From Caecitellus pseudoparvulus (Eukaryota > Protista > Bigyra: Bicosoecida): 64,000 nt of DNA. Shown piece by piece: positions 11,079-24,342 of this stretch (position 1 is the stretch's first letter; each line of letters starts with the position of its first letter). The DNA lies in contig CBFFRQ010000068.1 in assembly GCA_965644315.1 (NCBI GenBank), forward strand, positions 248,001 through 312,000, in the 5' to 3' direction. The translations under genes and the position numbers were made by a program. Below the pieces are notes generated by a model. That model saw only the letters and a list, made by a program, of their open reading frames with translations, had not been told where the DNA came from and did no database searches.

Positions 11079-12249
11079 CTAGGCTCGCTCTGAGGCAGCC
11101 CCATTTCCCGTGTCTGGATTCGCCTGCACCTGCACAACGTTTCGGAGAGTCCCGACATCCTGCACCTGCACCTCCACGACATCCCCATCGGAAAGGAAAA
11201 CTGGAGGATCACGAGCAACGCCGACACCAGCTGGGGTCCCTGTCAGGATGACCGTGCCCGGTGCCAGAGTTGTGCCTTGAGATGCATGCGCGATGAGCTC
11301 AGCAACCCTGCGCCAGCAGCACACAAGGCAAGGAGCTACGCAAACTGTTGGAGTGCAAGGATGCAGTGGGCAGCAAGGCAGTCACGCACGGGAAGACCAT
11401 GTCGCGAGTGTTGCCTTCTTGGGTCACCTTCCCGTTGATGCTGCAGCGCACGATCAAGTTCTGGGGGTCTGGCACCAGGCTGCGGGGCACAATGTACGGT
11501 CCAAGAGGACAAAAGGTGTCGAAGCTCTTGGCAAAGGTCCACTGTCCTCCACCTGCACAGGCTCCACGGTGGATGCGTGGGAGTGTGCCGAACCGCTGCA
11601 GCGTTGCCATAGGACAAGAACTACGCACCCTTCTTCCCCTGCCAGCGCCTGGCAGACACATCATTGGCCACAGTGTAGCCCAGGACATATGAGAGAGCAT
11701 CTGCCACCGCGACGTCCTTGGTTGGGGAGCCAATGACGACAGCCAGCTCTGCCTCCGCGTCCACTTCTGGCTTGGCCGCCGCCGCGTGTGGTATGACGAT
11801 GGGGCACAAGTGCCCAGTCACGCTGCTCGGCGCTTTCATGAACAAAACTGAAGACTTGGTGAAGGGCAGCAGGGTGATGGGGCGCGGCTGCAGAGCAGCG
11901 AAGCAGCAAGCGGAGCGGACTCACTTGGGAGCTGCGGCACTTCCTTTCCAGTCTCTGCTGCATGGTCACGATAGTTCAGGCCCACACCATAGACGGCAAT
12001 GGGGTCGATGGGGGGCAGGATGCGGTGAATGGGGACGATGGTGTCAGAGGGCAGCATTTTGCCGCTGGCTGCGCGCTCCAGCAGTCGGGCTTGCGTGCCG
12101 TCCTCCACCATCGTCCCGAAATGCTGCTCTCCATCCAGACCCTCAAAGCGGATGATTTGAGCCTCCAATGTAGCCCCAGGCTGGAAGCTCACGCTGCGGG
12201 TGAGAGCTCTCGTGGCTGCACTTGCGTGCAGCGCCGTGCGCCCCAGCAT
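11079..12249 (-). CDS. FAHD2: Fumarylacetoacetate hydrolase domain protein (FAHD2-like), mitochondrial presequence-like N-terminus, multi-exon
   Basis: Motifs [53 protein letters not shown] and [18 protein letters not shown]-terminus [19 protein letters not shown]. Confidence 0.88.
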
Positions 12250-12671
12250 GTTGCGGAAATTGGTGCGCCAAGCTTTACACAGCGTGCGTGCACTTGGTGT
12301 CTCGGAACGCAGGTAAGGAAGGGGCACCGCAAGCACCTGTTCCTTGACATACAATCGCCTGGCGCAGTGGAAAGGTGTGAATTTTTTCCCCGTACCGATG
12401 GGCTTTTGCAGTCGCGGATGTAGGGGGGCGACGGATCACAATTGGCGAAGTATCTCAGTCTTCCCCCAAATTCCCACGACCACCCAGACACAGAGCAGCG
12501 CCGACACCAGCCTTACGCCCTATTCCGTTTGAATTTATACCCGCAGGCCCCACCACGAGGCCCGCAGCGGCTTCGGGAAGGAGAGCAGGCTTCGCCAGGG
12601 CGTTGGCGTGGCGCAGCACTGCAGCACGCGACTGCACCACTTCGCCCTCCTGCTCTTGACAGTGCACTGCA

Positions 12672-14383
12672 ATGCGGCGAGCACTCGGCCTGCTAGCAGC
12701 TTTAGCTAGCCTTACCCTACACATCGCACATGGGCAAGGCCAGGTGCACCGTCTTCCAGGTGTGTGGATGCTGCCGTTGCACTCAGTGCAGTCGCGTATG
12801 GTTTCCTTTCCACTGCTCACGGAACTCCGTCCACGCTGGCGTGATCAGGATGGAAAGGGCCGCTGCCAAGCAAAATGTACGCAGGCTTTTTAAACGCGTC
12901 GCAGCCCCTGCAGCGCGTCAGCTACATCGTGGCAGAGTCTGAAGGCGACCCTGCGACGGATCCTGTGGTTGTGTGGATGAATGGGGGACCACTGTGCAGC
13001 AGCTTTGAAGGCTTTGCTCAAGAGAACGGCCCATTCATCATCAACCAGAACGAGGACTTGAGCTTCGAGCTTACCTTGCGGCCACAGCGCTGGTCCAGGT
13101 GGGCCACTGTAGTGTGGTTTGAGAACCCCACCACGGTTGGCTTTTCGTACTTTCCAGGCGAGAGCCTGTTCAGCGTGAATGACTCCGTCGCGGCAAGCCG
13201 CAACGCTGACTTCATGCAGGAGTTCTACAAAGCCTTCCCCCAGTGGAAGGCGAATGACCTCTTCATCGTGGGCGAGAGCTACGCTGGCGTGTATGTTCCC
13301 ATGCTCGCCTTGGAGCTGAAGAGGCGGGCAGCAGCTGGGCAGCCGCACGCTGTGCGACCTACAGGCATCGCCGTGGGGAACGGTTGCATCGGCAAAGCTG
13401 CGGGTGTGTGCGCAGATACTGAAGCAACCCATGGCTTGGAAGACAAGTTTGTGTTTGAGTATTTCAAAGGGCAAGCGTTCCTTCCACCGCCAGTTGTGGC
13501 CAGCATTGAAGCTGCATGCAGCTCAAACTGGGCATCGCCCTCACAAGCCTGCGACGCTGCATTGCTGCCTTTCATGACCTTGACCAGTATTAACGATCCG
13601 AGTGACTTGTACACGAACTGCAACATCCCGGGCTCATCTGGCCCAGCGCTGCCAACGAGTGGGGAATCCTGGACCGTCACGGGCGCATCATCTTCCTCAA
13701 CAGGTGCAGGTGCTCTTGCAGCGCCGGACGAGGACTTCGTTGCATTTTTGACTCAAGCATGCAAGAAGAGGCGCTGTTCTTTGCGCAGGAAGTCACTGCT
13801 GGCTCGGGCGTGGACGGAGGCCGGTCTCAGAGAGGCCTGGCAAGCCGCCGGTCGAGACCAGGCAAGGCCCAACGGGCCGTGTGCTTCGCAGTGGGGCTTT
13901 TGGAATTGGTTCAAGGACGCAAACGTCACCGCTGCATTGAACTTGCAGGATTCACCTGCGGCCCCTCAGCACTCCCAAAGCGGCCGCGGCACCTGGAGCC
14001 CGTGCTCGGGTCAGCTCTCGTATCAGTGCAGCATGGCCGACGAGGCGACGACTGTGTACCCTAAGCTCGTGCAAGACATGCGTGTCCTCATCTACAACGG
14101 AAATTTTGATTCTATCGTGCCCTGGACGGACAATGTGGCGTGGACATATGGCCTGGAGCTGGAGGAAGTGCAAGCGTGGCACGCTTGGTACGTGACCGGC
14201 GGCAGCGGCCTCCCATCCTTGGGCGGACATGCTGTGTACTGGGGTGGCGACCAGGACGCTGCAGACTTTTCAACTGGTCTTGCCTTTACAACAGTCCACG
14301 CAGCAGGCCACATGGTGCCTCGGTTCCAGCCACTGCTCATGGCACACGTTCTGCGCTCGTTGCTGGAGGGGCAGAGGCTATAG
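12672..14383 (+). CDS. Secreted serine carboxypeptidase (peptidase S10), 2 exons
   Basis: Signal peptide MRRALGLLAALASL. Intron 12760-12848 gives HRLPG-WKGPLPSKMYAGFL. Motifs WMNGGPLCSS, GESYAG (Ser), YNGNFDSIVP (Asp) and AAGHMVP (His). Confidence 0.92.
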
Positions 14384-15913
14384 CCGTTGTTCCGGCAGCC
14401 TCCGCATCAGCATGTGTCTCTAGCAGTGGTACCATTTCGCCCCGTTGCATCGATGCCTGCGCGTGTGAATGTATCGCGAAGCACGTGTCACTTTGGCGCA
14501 CTCGAAGGGGACGCCAGGCAAGCCGCGCTCTCACCTGCGCTTTGCTCGCAAGCTCCGCCATCCGGATCGTCCGTTGCAATGCTTGTCCATTGCAATGCCC
14601 TGAAATCAACCCGAGGAAGAAGCAGCAATGGCCTGCGTGGAGTTTTCTTCGGGGTGCCGCGCCCGTGGTGCTTGCTTCCTTATGCCTGCAACGCACCATG
14701 AGATATGGCTTGCTGGAGCAGGCGAGTCAACGCAGCGTCTCGGTATGGAACGTGGCTTGCACCCTGAGACAGACACCTGAAGACAGCTTCCAGGGATGAC
14801 ACTTCATCCCGCCTTGGTTTTATCTGCTGTGAAGGTGGAGTTGGGCGCGGCTCATTGCTTGCTAGGTTCACAAGCCAGATGCGTGTGCTTTGCTGCGCAG
14901 CCGGGGAGTTTCCATGTGCAACTGCTGTGCGTCGAATGTCGAACCAAGACAGCACTGTGTGGAACCGTTGGCGTGGCAAGTACCCCAGGAAGGTGATGAG
15001 GCGCTGGTACTTTGAGGTTGCATCCTTCAGTGCCTGCGCAATGCTGCCGTCATGTGTCAGCAGCTGTTCCTGAACACCATCCAAATGGCAGCCCGGGAGG
15101 CCCTCACTGCGTCTGGGGCGAACTTTCAGGCGCTCAGTATCGGTACTTGGGCTGAGTAAGTCGAGAAAAGCAACTGTCTGTGCCGCCAAGGCGCAGCCAA
15201 AGCGAATGCACACGCTCGTTCCTGAAGAGCCAGCTGCCTCCTCATCCGCTGCAGCTCTCAGTCCATGACCGATGAACTGTGCGAGCCCCCGCTCCATCTT
15301 ACCGTCCCCAAGGGGCAAAATTTGCTTGACGCCACTCGCTAACTCTCCAAACGTCAGGATGGCGCACTCCACACCAGCCATGGCACGCTGCACGGTATCT
15401 GCAGCAAGGCTCTGGAGAACAGGCTCGAGCTCTTCCTGGCGGAGGAGTGGCGGAGGAGGTCGTCTTGCGAGGAGCCCACGAGCAAAAATGGCGCTCAGCA
15501 ATACTCACGGGCGCTTGTATGACTCTGCCACGAGGAAGCTGAAGCTCATCCGTCACAGGAAGGCCTTGTGGCGTCAGGTCTCGGTGGCTTGAAGAATCGC
15601 CTTGCGTCTGTTCGCTGTGGTCTGAGCCAGGCGCCTCGCTTCGCACAGACAGGTCGCCTCCCCCACGCTCTTCAACATGCACTAAAACTTGGTCTCGGGC
15701 GGTGCTCCCTGACGTTTGGGTACCCGTCTGCTCATGGGCGTGCGCAGGCGGAGCCAGTGTTGCATGTTGCCCCACACCAGGCATCGCCGGCCTGACACTC
15801 ACGTCTTGAGAAGAGATGAAGTAGCACACCTCTTTGGAGAGGTGATCTTTAGAATCCCCCTCGGATGCTTTCATATTCTCGCTCAACGTAGCGGGCGGTT
15901 CTTCAGCTGCCAT
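14337..15913 (-). CDS. Degenerate kinesin-motor-like protein (probable pseudo-kinesin), multi-exon
   Basis: HVPYRDAALTRLLQQAI matches kinesin HIPYRDSKLTRLLQDSL. IWLVNLASNE resembles DLAGSE. AILTFGELASGVK resembles the P-loop AYGQTGSGKT. The 3' end is uncertain. Confidence 0.65.
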
Positions 15914-16372
15914 TCTCGTTCAGTTTGGCTCCGGCGTTTCAACGGGTGGCGTTTCACTTGGCGTGGTGGTTGCCTTGCCAAGTCGCGGATATCTTCGCAA
16001 AGAGAGCACAGCTTGGGTTGTGAGCATGGAAGTGCATGGTTATCCAAAGTCGCAACGTACTGTCCTGACTTTGCTGAATGATTCTGCTGCACCCGGTTGG
16101 GGCATGTTGGATTTGGGGGGCAGTCTGTTGCTGCGACATGCCCCGCGGAAAGGTAGTCGCCTTGCAACAATTCAGCTCACCTTCCAAATCAAACTCATGA
16201 TTGTGCAATTTCGCAATCACCACAGTGCCTGCACTCCTGCGGAAAGCCAGGCATGCTCCAAAGCAGAGTGGCCTTGTCGAGGATAGTTGCCACGTCACCA
16301 CGACTGTGCCGGCTCGCTGCAGCTGCAAGCCTGCACACCCATAGGGCTGCACGACTGACCACCGCAATCACT

Positions 16373-17792
16373 ATGGCCGACATCACCCCAGTATCTGCGC
16401 CAGTTTCTGCGCCCGTCCCTGCCGGGCGGACCTGGTATGACTGGTTTTTCCCTTCCTCTCCAGCCAATGCACGTCGCGCGGAAGCTGACATGTTGCGGCA
16501 TCATGGAGTCACAACACCGTACCAGGTGAAGGAACAAGGAGGCCTTCACACACTCCACTTCGAGCCCCCGTACTCTGGTGAGGATCGGCTCACCCATGCT
16601 CTGAGAGGGCGTTTCAGCACCTTGCGGCTCGTCGGAATTTGCTTCCGAAACGATTCCGCAGCACATCCGCACTCGCTTCCGCCGGCCCACATTCGCAGGC
16701 GCCCCAAAGCTAGTGATGACCCATGGCTTTGCAGCCGGTGTGGGGATGTACGCCCTTGCCCTGCAGTCTCTCACTCGGCACTTTGAAGTGTTTGCCTTTG
16801 ACATGCCCGGCTGTGGCCTGTCGCCGCGAGTGCCATGGACGGCCACCAGCACAGCAGAAGCTGAGCAGTGGTACATGCGCAGTGTGGATGCCTGGTTCCA
16901 AGAGATGCCACAGGAGCCTGTGACACTTCTTGGACACTCCCTGGGGGGATACATGACAGCGCTGTGGGCGACGCAGCAGCCTGCACGGGTGAAGCACCTT
17001 GTGCTGGCATCGCCGGTAGGCGTGCCCCACGAACCCGAGTGGACCGAGGAGCAGCTGAAGCACCGCAAGTCATGGCTGTGGTGGGGCTTGAAGAATCTGT
17101 GGAGCTCCAATGCCACCCCGCAGTCGGTGGTACGGGCAGCCGGCCCTTGGGGCCGCGACCTCACGACAGCCATCGTCAAGCGGCGCTTTTCGTTTGCAGC
17201 ACTGTCGCAGCCACTGCACGTGCCGTCCTTGTCAGAGTACATCTACCAGATCTCTGCAGCGGAGGGCTCTGGAGAGTGGTGTTTGAAGTACATTTTGAAG
17301 CCCGGAGCGTGGGCGTTCAACCCGATTGGGCCGCGGATGTTGCAAGCAGCCGACGCAGGGCAGGTGCCGTTCCCCGTCACGTTCTTGTATGGCTCCCACG
17401 ACTGGATGTCTCCGGATGCGGGGGAGGCTGTCGCTTCCGTCCTGCGAGGCAGGCATGGCAGGCAAGCAAGCGTGCACATTGTGCCGCAGTCGGGGCACCA
17501 GATGTTCATGGAAAACCCCGACGGCTTCTCAGCCACGGTGATCGCTGAGGCGCACCGAAAGACTCCAGATATCATGGGGCCCTCCACCGCTGGCGCTGCC
17601 CCCGCTGGCGCTGCTGCCCCTGAGTCCCCGCTGCCCACGGCTGAGGCTGCGCAAGGCGAGGCTTCGGAGCTGGTGCCAGGCCATTCGGCCCACCTCGGCA
17701 CGGAGCTGGCCGTTGGAGATGCAGATGCACAGGCTGAGGCTGCGGCCGCAGCTGCCACCACCGTGGCCTCGGGGGGGCTGGGGGGCAGGTGA
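16373..17792 (+). CDS. Alpha/beta hydrolase, ABHD4/ABHD5/CLD1-like, 2 exons
   Basis: Motifs HGFAAG, DMPGCGLS, GHSLGGY (nucleophile elbow), LASPVG, YGSHDWM and GHQMFMENP. Intron at about 16578-16698. Confidence 0.85.
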
Positions 17793-17869
17793 GTTGCCCA
17801 TCGCCTCGCCTTTGCAATGCATGGTGCATGTTTGCATTTCCAGACACCCCTGCGTGTGCCGCAAGCGCA

Positions 17870-20050
17870 TCAAATCTGGCTGTAGGTCGCCCTGGACGCG
17901 CCAGCCGACGAGGACGCCGTGGCTGAAGATGATGCCTTCCCAGAGGATGTCGCGAAGGAGCCCTGTGCTGACAGGGACTTGAACTGGGAGCCTGGCTTCG
18001 TGGAGCGGCACTCGCACAGTGCCCACCAGGACTTGTACTTGCCTGGGCCTCGGCGCCAGTACACAAGGTAGCCAACGATAGACAACACAATGAGCGTGAT
18101 GATGACCCCTGCTGCAATGCCACCGGCTGGACTGGGCTTGGAAGGCTTGCTGGGGTGGTGGGCAGCCGACCCCGCTCCGGCAGAGGGCGAAGGAGAAGGA
18201 AACCCTGTGGGGACCGATGTGAATGAGGCGGCTGGCGAGGAAGACGCGGAGGCTGCGGGGGTCGGACTTGCAGGAGGCGTTTGCGTGGTAGCAGGGGACG
18301 CTGCGGGGGTGGGGCCTTGGGTGGAAGCAGGAGAGGCAGCTGGGGAGGCAGCTGGAGAGGGAGTCGGGCTGGGTTTGGTGCCTGACAACGTCATCAGCAC
18401 CGGGCCCAGAGCAATGTGCACTTCCTGGTCGTCAGACAGTGCCACGCCGTCGGAGGCCACGCACACGTGCTCATCTACAGAGCACCCTGCTGCAGGCCCG
18501 ACATCCTTGGACTGCAGAATGGCACCCGACGACGCGTTCACGACGTGCATGGTGTACTGCGTGTCCAGGCAGTACAGCACCGGCGCGGCACCAGCCTCCA
18601 GCTGGGCAATGCTTGGGGAGCAATACCCCGCTCCGATGACCTCCTTCCACACGAGGTCCTGGGTTGCAATGTCCACGGCAATGACAAATCCATCGTCTGT
18701 GCCTTGTGCAACGAGCACACGCCCGCCAGGCACGGTGGGGTCGATGTAGGCAGCTGCACGGCTTGCAGTAAGGTCTGTGAGCTCGTTCATCCACAGCTGC
18801 TTGCCCGTGGTGATGTTCAACGAGGCCAGGTATGGAGTGGTTACAGTACCGCCCCTGTCCCCGGCAAACACCAGCTGCTGTTCAACGCAGGTGGTCGGGG
18901 ACGGGCAGTGCTGCGGGGTCAACGCGACAGGCACCTCGATGCCGCTCGGGGCTGGTGCAGTCCAGACGACGTCCCCCGTGTCGGCATGTAGGGCCACAAA
19001 GGCACCCAGGTAATTGCCTGAGCCAGTATCGCCATCACCCGTGTAGTGCATGGGCTGCACGACCAAGTCTGCGCTGGTGACGACTGTTGGGGGCACGTTC
19101 ACACCGACGCCCGTGTCCGTCACGTTCCACGATTCCGGCAAGGAGATGTTCACTTGCCAGACCAGATCCGGGGTGCCAGCTTCCAGGGGGAGCCTGTACG
19201 CCATGGTCGTTACTGGTTCCAGTTTGTTCAAGCCGTTGTATGCGGACATGTACAGCGTCGCAGGCACATCGGCGGCGACGACGACCACCGTGGGGAGCGT
19301 GAACACATCCAAGCGGGGGTCCATTTGAATGCTCCAACTGCAAAGGCGAGGCATGGTGCACGCTGCATGTGCATCAGCGTCTCTTAATTCGGCAGCGGAG
19401 CGCTGGGCAGGTGAAGCGACCTTGCGGTTCAGTGTGAACGTACGCCTGTGTGCCGCTCAACAAGTTCAGCCCGACAAGGGACGAGCCTTCGTCCGTCTGG
19501 TTCACAACGATGGCAAGGTCAGACGAAGAGTCGATTGCTGGCCCAAAGATGCGCGAGGAGGGCCCAGCCTGCCACATCGGCTCCTGTGCGGGCGACGGGC
19601 GGGACGTGCGACGACCGTTGCGGCTTACGGGGGGGGAGCCCTGCTCGGAGTACGCACGAGGGCATCCTTGCGAAAGGCATACACAAACTGCTTGTCCTCA
19701 GAGGTTGTGTTGCCGGGGGAAGAGTACACAATGACTTCGTCACGGCCTTTAGCACCAGGAACCGAGCCAACCACAGGATGGGATGGAGTGATGTAGTCCT
19801 CTGAATCTATGGAAGCTGCCTGGAAGACGTCAGTCACGTAGAGAGTTTGGGGACCCAGGGAGGTGGTGGATACGCCAGCGTGTGTGTAGTCGCCGCTGAG
19901 CTGGGACCACGCGGCTTGAGACCTGGGTGGCACACGGAAGGTGTGCCAGAGACAGTGCGGGATTTGCACACTCCAGCCTTGCACGCACCATGCCGACTGG
20001 AAACAGGCCGAAGCAACAATGACCGACAGAGGGCACGCTATGGACTTCAT
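17870..20050 (-). CDS. Type I membrane or surface protein with PQQ/BamB-like beta-propeller repeats, Ser/Pro/Thr stalk and C-terminal TM; multi-exon
   Basis: Signal peptide MKSIACPLSVIVASACF. Repeats ALHADTGDVVW, SLNITTGKQLW, AVDIATQDLVW, VNASSGAIL. Stalk PSPTPSPAASP. TM GIAAGVIITLIVLSIVGYLVYWRR. Confidence 0.7.
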
Positions 20051-20470
20051 TTCTGAAATCCAAGGCCGCTGGCAAGGTCAAGCAAACTGGGGCAGAGCCG
20101 TGCGATGTTGGAGAGCCAAGGTGGCTTGTCAAGTGCACTGCAGTTGGTTTGCTGAGCCCGCCTGTACTGCGCTGAGATGCCAAGCGGGAATCTCCGTGCA
20201 ATTCTAGGTGGCTTGTATATCGATAGCGATACCTTCCATGGTTTGGTGCACTTTGTGCTTCCGATGAGAATGGCTGGCACGGTCTGCTGCTGTGCCAAGG
20301 CGTCGGGCATCTGGCGCAGACGTTCTTCGGCTGGCAGCAAGCATGCCGCAGCCGTTGCGCCTGCCCAGGGCCGGTGTCCTGTGTGTGAGCCCAACTTGGG
20401 CAAATAAGTAGCTATGGAGGTGCATTCATGACATGATCACACGAGGAGGTTGCCATGTTTGCCACCCGGC

Positions 20471-23090
20471 TCAGCCCTTCGCAGCCGGCTGCCCGCCAAC
20501 GGTGTCCACCACCGATTGTCGCACAGGGGGCTTCCCCACACCTCCATCGTGCACGGAGAGCTCTGCAAAGACAGCGTCCTGCTCCTCTGTACCGCTTGCT
20601 ATGAACACCGCACTGCCGGATGTTGGTGCGGTGTTGTGCACCATCCTGGGCGACCACAGCCCAGGCATGCCGATGTCCGAGGTGGCACTGCCGGTGGCCA
20701 GGGATGACCAAGCTGGGATTCCGCTCCCAGTCGCATGAACAAGAGTGCTGCTGCTTTGTGAGCCGGCGGAGGGAATGCTGGCGACCTGCGGCCGCGTGCC
20801 TTCATGCATACCGGCCAAGCCTGCCCCGTCTCCAACGGCAAGCGAATGGCCTTCCACCTGCCAGCGCGTGGAAGCTGCCGGCGAAAAGACCCAGTCAGGC
20901 ACTGTGGGCAAGATGCTGGCGCCTGATGCAGTGGACACTTGCGGGGCACCTGCAGTCCCAGTCGATGCTCCTGGTGCCGAGGTTCGTGGCTGCAGACTCA
21001 CTACGCTGACCGGAGTTGGAACGTGGGGGTCGGCGGGCGTGGAAGATTGAGCCCCGCCTCTCCGCTGGGCTTGCCCCTTCTCTGCCACATGGGCACCCAA
21101 GTCAATCACTGCACTTGGCACGGCTTGATTCTCGCTGCTGTGCTCGCTTGTCGCCGCAGCCAGCGCTTCTTCCCATGCTGCAACTTCCGCAGCTTGTGTT
21201 GCAGCTGCTGTTGGGGTTGCCACCCCCTTCGCCAGCATGCCTGGAGTGAGGGCGCCAACTCCTGACAGCAGGCGGGGGGTGATGCCCTGAACCCCAAATT
21301 TTACAGCAGAAGACATTTGTGTGGGGAATGATGTCATCAGCGCTCGGGCTGGGCGCTTGGATTGGCCAGTCAGGCCAGAGTCATCGTCAGGTGAAACGCG
21401 ACGGCGCTTGGCAGCGCGGGCAGCTGCGGTGGCAGCCTGCACGCGCTCCTGAAGAGTCAAAGCAGGTGCAAAGTTGCTCTTGGCTTGCAGAGCATGGGAC
21501 TGATAAGAGGTGAGCTGCTTCGCTGTGGCAACCAGCACAGGCGCGGCTGCTGGCTGGCTCGCAACGTGGCTGACGCTTGCGCTCGAACATGCCCTGGCGT
21601 CGGCGGGTGCTGCGCAGTACGACTGCCCAGTGGACACCGCGTCGAGCACCAGCACATTTCCAAGGCTGTCCCCTGCCACACAGACTCCGGGTTGCAGGTC
21701 TGAGAACGCCCCCATGGTATGGTACCCGTTCGGCGTGTCTACGCGGCCACCCTTGGCTCTGTGGTGTGATCGCTGTGCCACGCGCACCGTGTATGAGGGG
21801 GGCCTATCTGGCTGGAGCACCTCTCGGGCTCGCCAGACAGACACACCCGCGTCCCCGAACGTGACGGCAACGCCGGTTTCGGCATGCGCCGCGACGCTCT
21901 CTGCGCAGCTCATGAACCGGTCCCGAACAACGCCGTGCATGCAGGAGCTGCGGAGGTCCATGAGGCTCACGCTCCCATCATCAAAGCTTGTGAGCAAAGC
22001 ATGCTCTGTCACGAAGGTGCAGCTAAGCATGCCGGCTCGCTTGGTTTGCAGGGCCGTGCTAGTGCTGTTCGGTTTGGCACGGATGTCGAACCAGCTTAGC
22101 GTGCCGTCCACTGTGCATGTCAGCGCCGTCGCTGGCTGCCCCGGCCTGAAGCCACCCCCAGTGATGACTGACGATGCAGCGAACATGCCATTCACTGCGT
22201 AGGGCTTGGCTGATGCGAGCACTGCGGTGAGGCTGCTTAGGTTGGTCACGAAGGCGCGCCCGTCAGTCCCGCACGAGAGCACGATGTCTTTGTTGGCAGC
22301 ATTCAGCTCTACTTTTGTCAGCTGTGTGTTCTTGCGAGCTTGCCAGAGGGGCAGGGTTCGCTGCGAGGTCTCCGCCGCGCTGCCAGCGGGCAGCCCAGCT
22401 GTCGCCGTGGGCAGCGCGGAGTCAGCATGCCAGCGAGGCAGCACAACTAGGTCGGCTCGCAGGCTGCTGACCGTCGAAGCGGTCTTCTTGGCGTCATCCA
22501 GAGCGCTCCCCAGGTCGCCTTGCAATCGTAGAACGCCCAGGCTGTGCCCCACGGCAACTACAGCAGCTGCATCGTGGAGCCAGTGGAAGCAACTGACGGG
22601 CTGTGCTTTGAGCGACGGCGCAGTGGGGTGCTCGAACAAAAGGCACGGCAGCGCAAGACGCGAGCAGGAACCCACATCACATGTTGGGAGCGTTAAAATT
22701 GTGTCGGGTAGCTTGTCTTGGTCGTCCAGCGGCAGTCGTGCGAATGCGATGCAGTTCTGACTCCTCGTCCACTCCTGTCCGGGGGCAAGCTGCCCGGCAT
22801 CAGGCGTGTCCATCACGTCCTGCCTCTCGACGTGGTGCCCGCGTGGGAGCATGTTGTACGTAGGCATGGCTACTATGTCAGCTTGCTGAGGGGAAACAGG
22901 AGTGTATGACGGGGGCAACGTGTGGGTCTGCAGGCAGGCGTTCACACACCGTGGGTAGTTGTTTTGGTGCAGCGAGCTGGCAAACCCCTGATGCGTCCCT
23001 CAGGCCGAAAGCCTCCGGCCTTGCCACTGTCGCAGCATATCGGATCGCTGGTTTGAAGCCCCCCTTTCCCGTTTCGGCGGTCTTGCTCAT
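20471..23090 (-). CDS. WD40-like repeat protein with long low-complexity C-terminus
   Basis: WD-like segments VLSCGTDGRAFVTNL, LTCTVDGTLSWFDIR, LLTSFDDGSVSLMDLR and AGDSLGNVLVLD. A short first exon is inferred from ORF 22878-23090. NLS-like AKRRR. Confidence 0.6.
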
Positions 23091-23408
23091 TTGTGGCTGT
23101 GTTGGGGGACAGCTGAGAAGCGTCGCTCAGCGTGGCACACTGCTTGCGATGGACAGTTTGCGTGGTGTCTGTGACTTGGGTGGACGCCAGACCAGGCAGT
23201 CAGTATTCTACTTGTACTGTACCCCGTGGGCACATGTTCTCGAAGTAGAGCTTCTCGAGGAGACAGGTGGGTTTGGTGTGGCGTGAAATGTGTGCACCAG
23301 TGAGGAACCCGGCCTGGCAGCCTGCCGGGCCTGGCGGTGCCGGAGGCCGCATGGATTGGGCAACACGGGACATGGGCCTCGCGAAGAACAATGCATTGGA
23401 ACTACACC

Positions 23409-24126
23409 TTACTCCCCAAGCTTGACATCCTCGGCTTCTGCAGCATCACCCTCGGCGGCTGCTGGTTGCCCACCTTCAGCCTTGGCAGGCACCTCGGTGA
23501 CAACCACGGCACCTTCCGGCAAGGCTCGAATGTACAGGACATTGTTGCACCTGCAAGCGCAAAAAAGACGTGTGAGGCACACTGCACGGGGCAGCCTGCG
23601 CCAGGCAAGTGTCGCAGCATCCCTCAAGCAAGCTTCTCACCTGATGAGCACCTCGCCAAGGTTTCCTGCAAACTCGCCTTCGACATACTCGTCAGTGTGC
23701 GTCAGCTGTGCGAAACAGGGGGTACCAGGCTCATGAAGCGGTGCTGTGGAGCCCTCACATGGCGGGTTTGGCGAGACGGCCTGGCCTCCGCCGAGCAATT
23801 TCCGCTGCGCACCTGCACGTTCATGTACGAGTCCGTGGACACCAGGATGCCTGCAGAGGGCAGAGAGACAAGAGAAACGTGAGCTTGGGTACTGGCACAA
23901 GGTACTCCACCGAGGACAGGCCGCACCCTTGTACTCCATGCCCCACTTGAGCTTCACCATCACTGGCTTGCCAATGAGGCTCTTCAGGAATGGCTTGGGG
24001 TTCACGAGTCCCTGCGCAGCGGGAGCGACAGATCAAAGTGCAGGGTGAGAGTGCACAAGGGAAGGTGCCTGATCGCAGCCGCGTCGATGCGGGCAGCGCA
24101 ACGGCCCGTGCACGCACGGTCGCCAT
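23409..24126 (-). CDS. SNRPF: Small nuclear ribonucleoprotein F (SmF), 5 exons
   Basis: Spliced product [74 protein letters not shown], with GT-AG junctions. Confidence 0.95.
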
Positions 24127-24342
24127 GGTGGAGGCCTGGATGTGCGCTGCTGCACTCGGCGAGAGGGAGTACGCAGGTTGTGAGACGGTCACCCAAAAGA
24201 GCGAGGGAAGCGCAGTGAAAAGATAGTGAGGGAAGTGTGGGAGGGGAATGCCATTGCACGCAGGAGGAAGGGGGGTGGGGGTGGGCAGAGGCCTGCCAGC
24301 TAGGGAAGAAACACGCACAGCTCAGCAAGGCTCGACGCTCCC

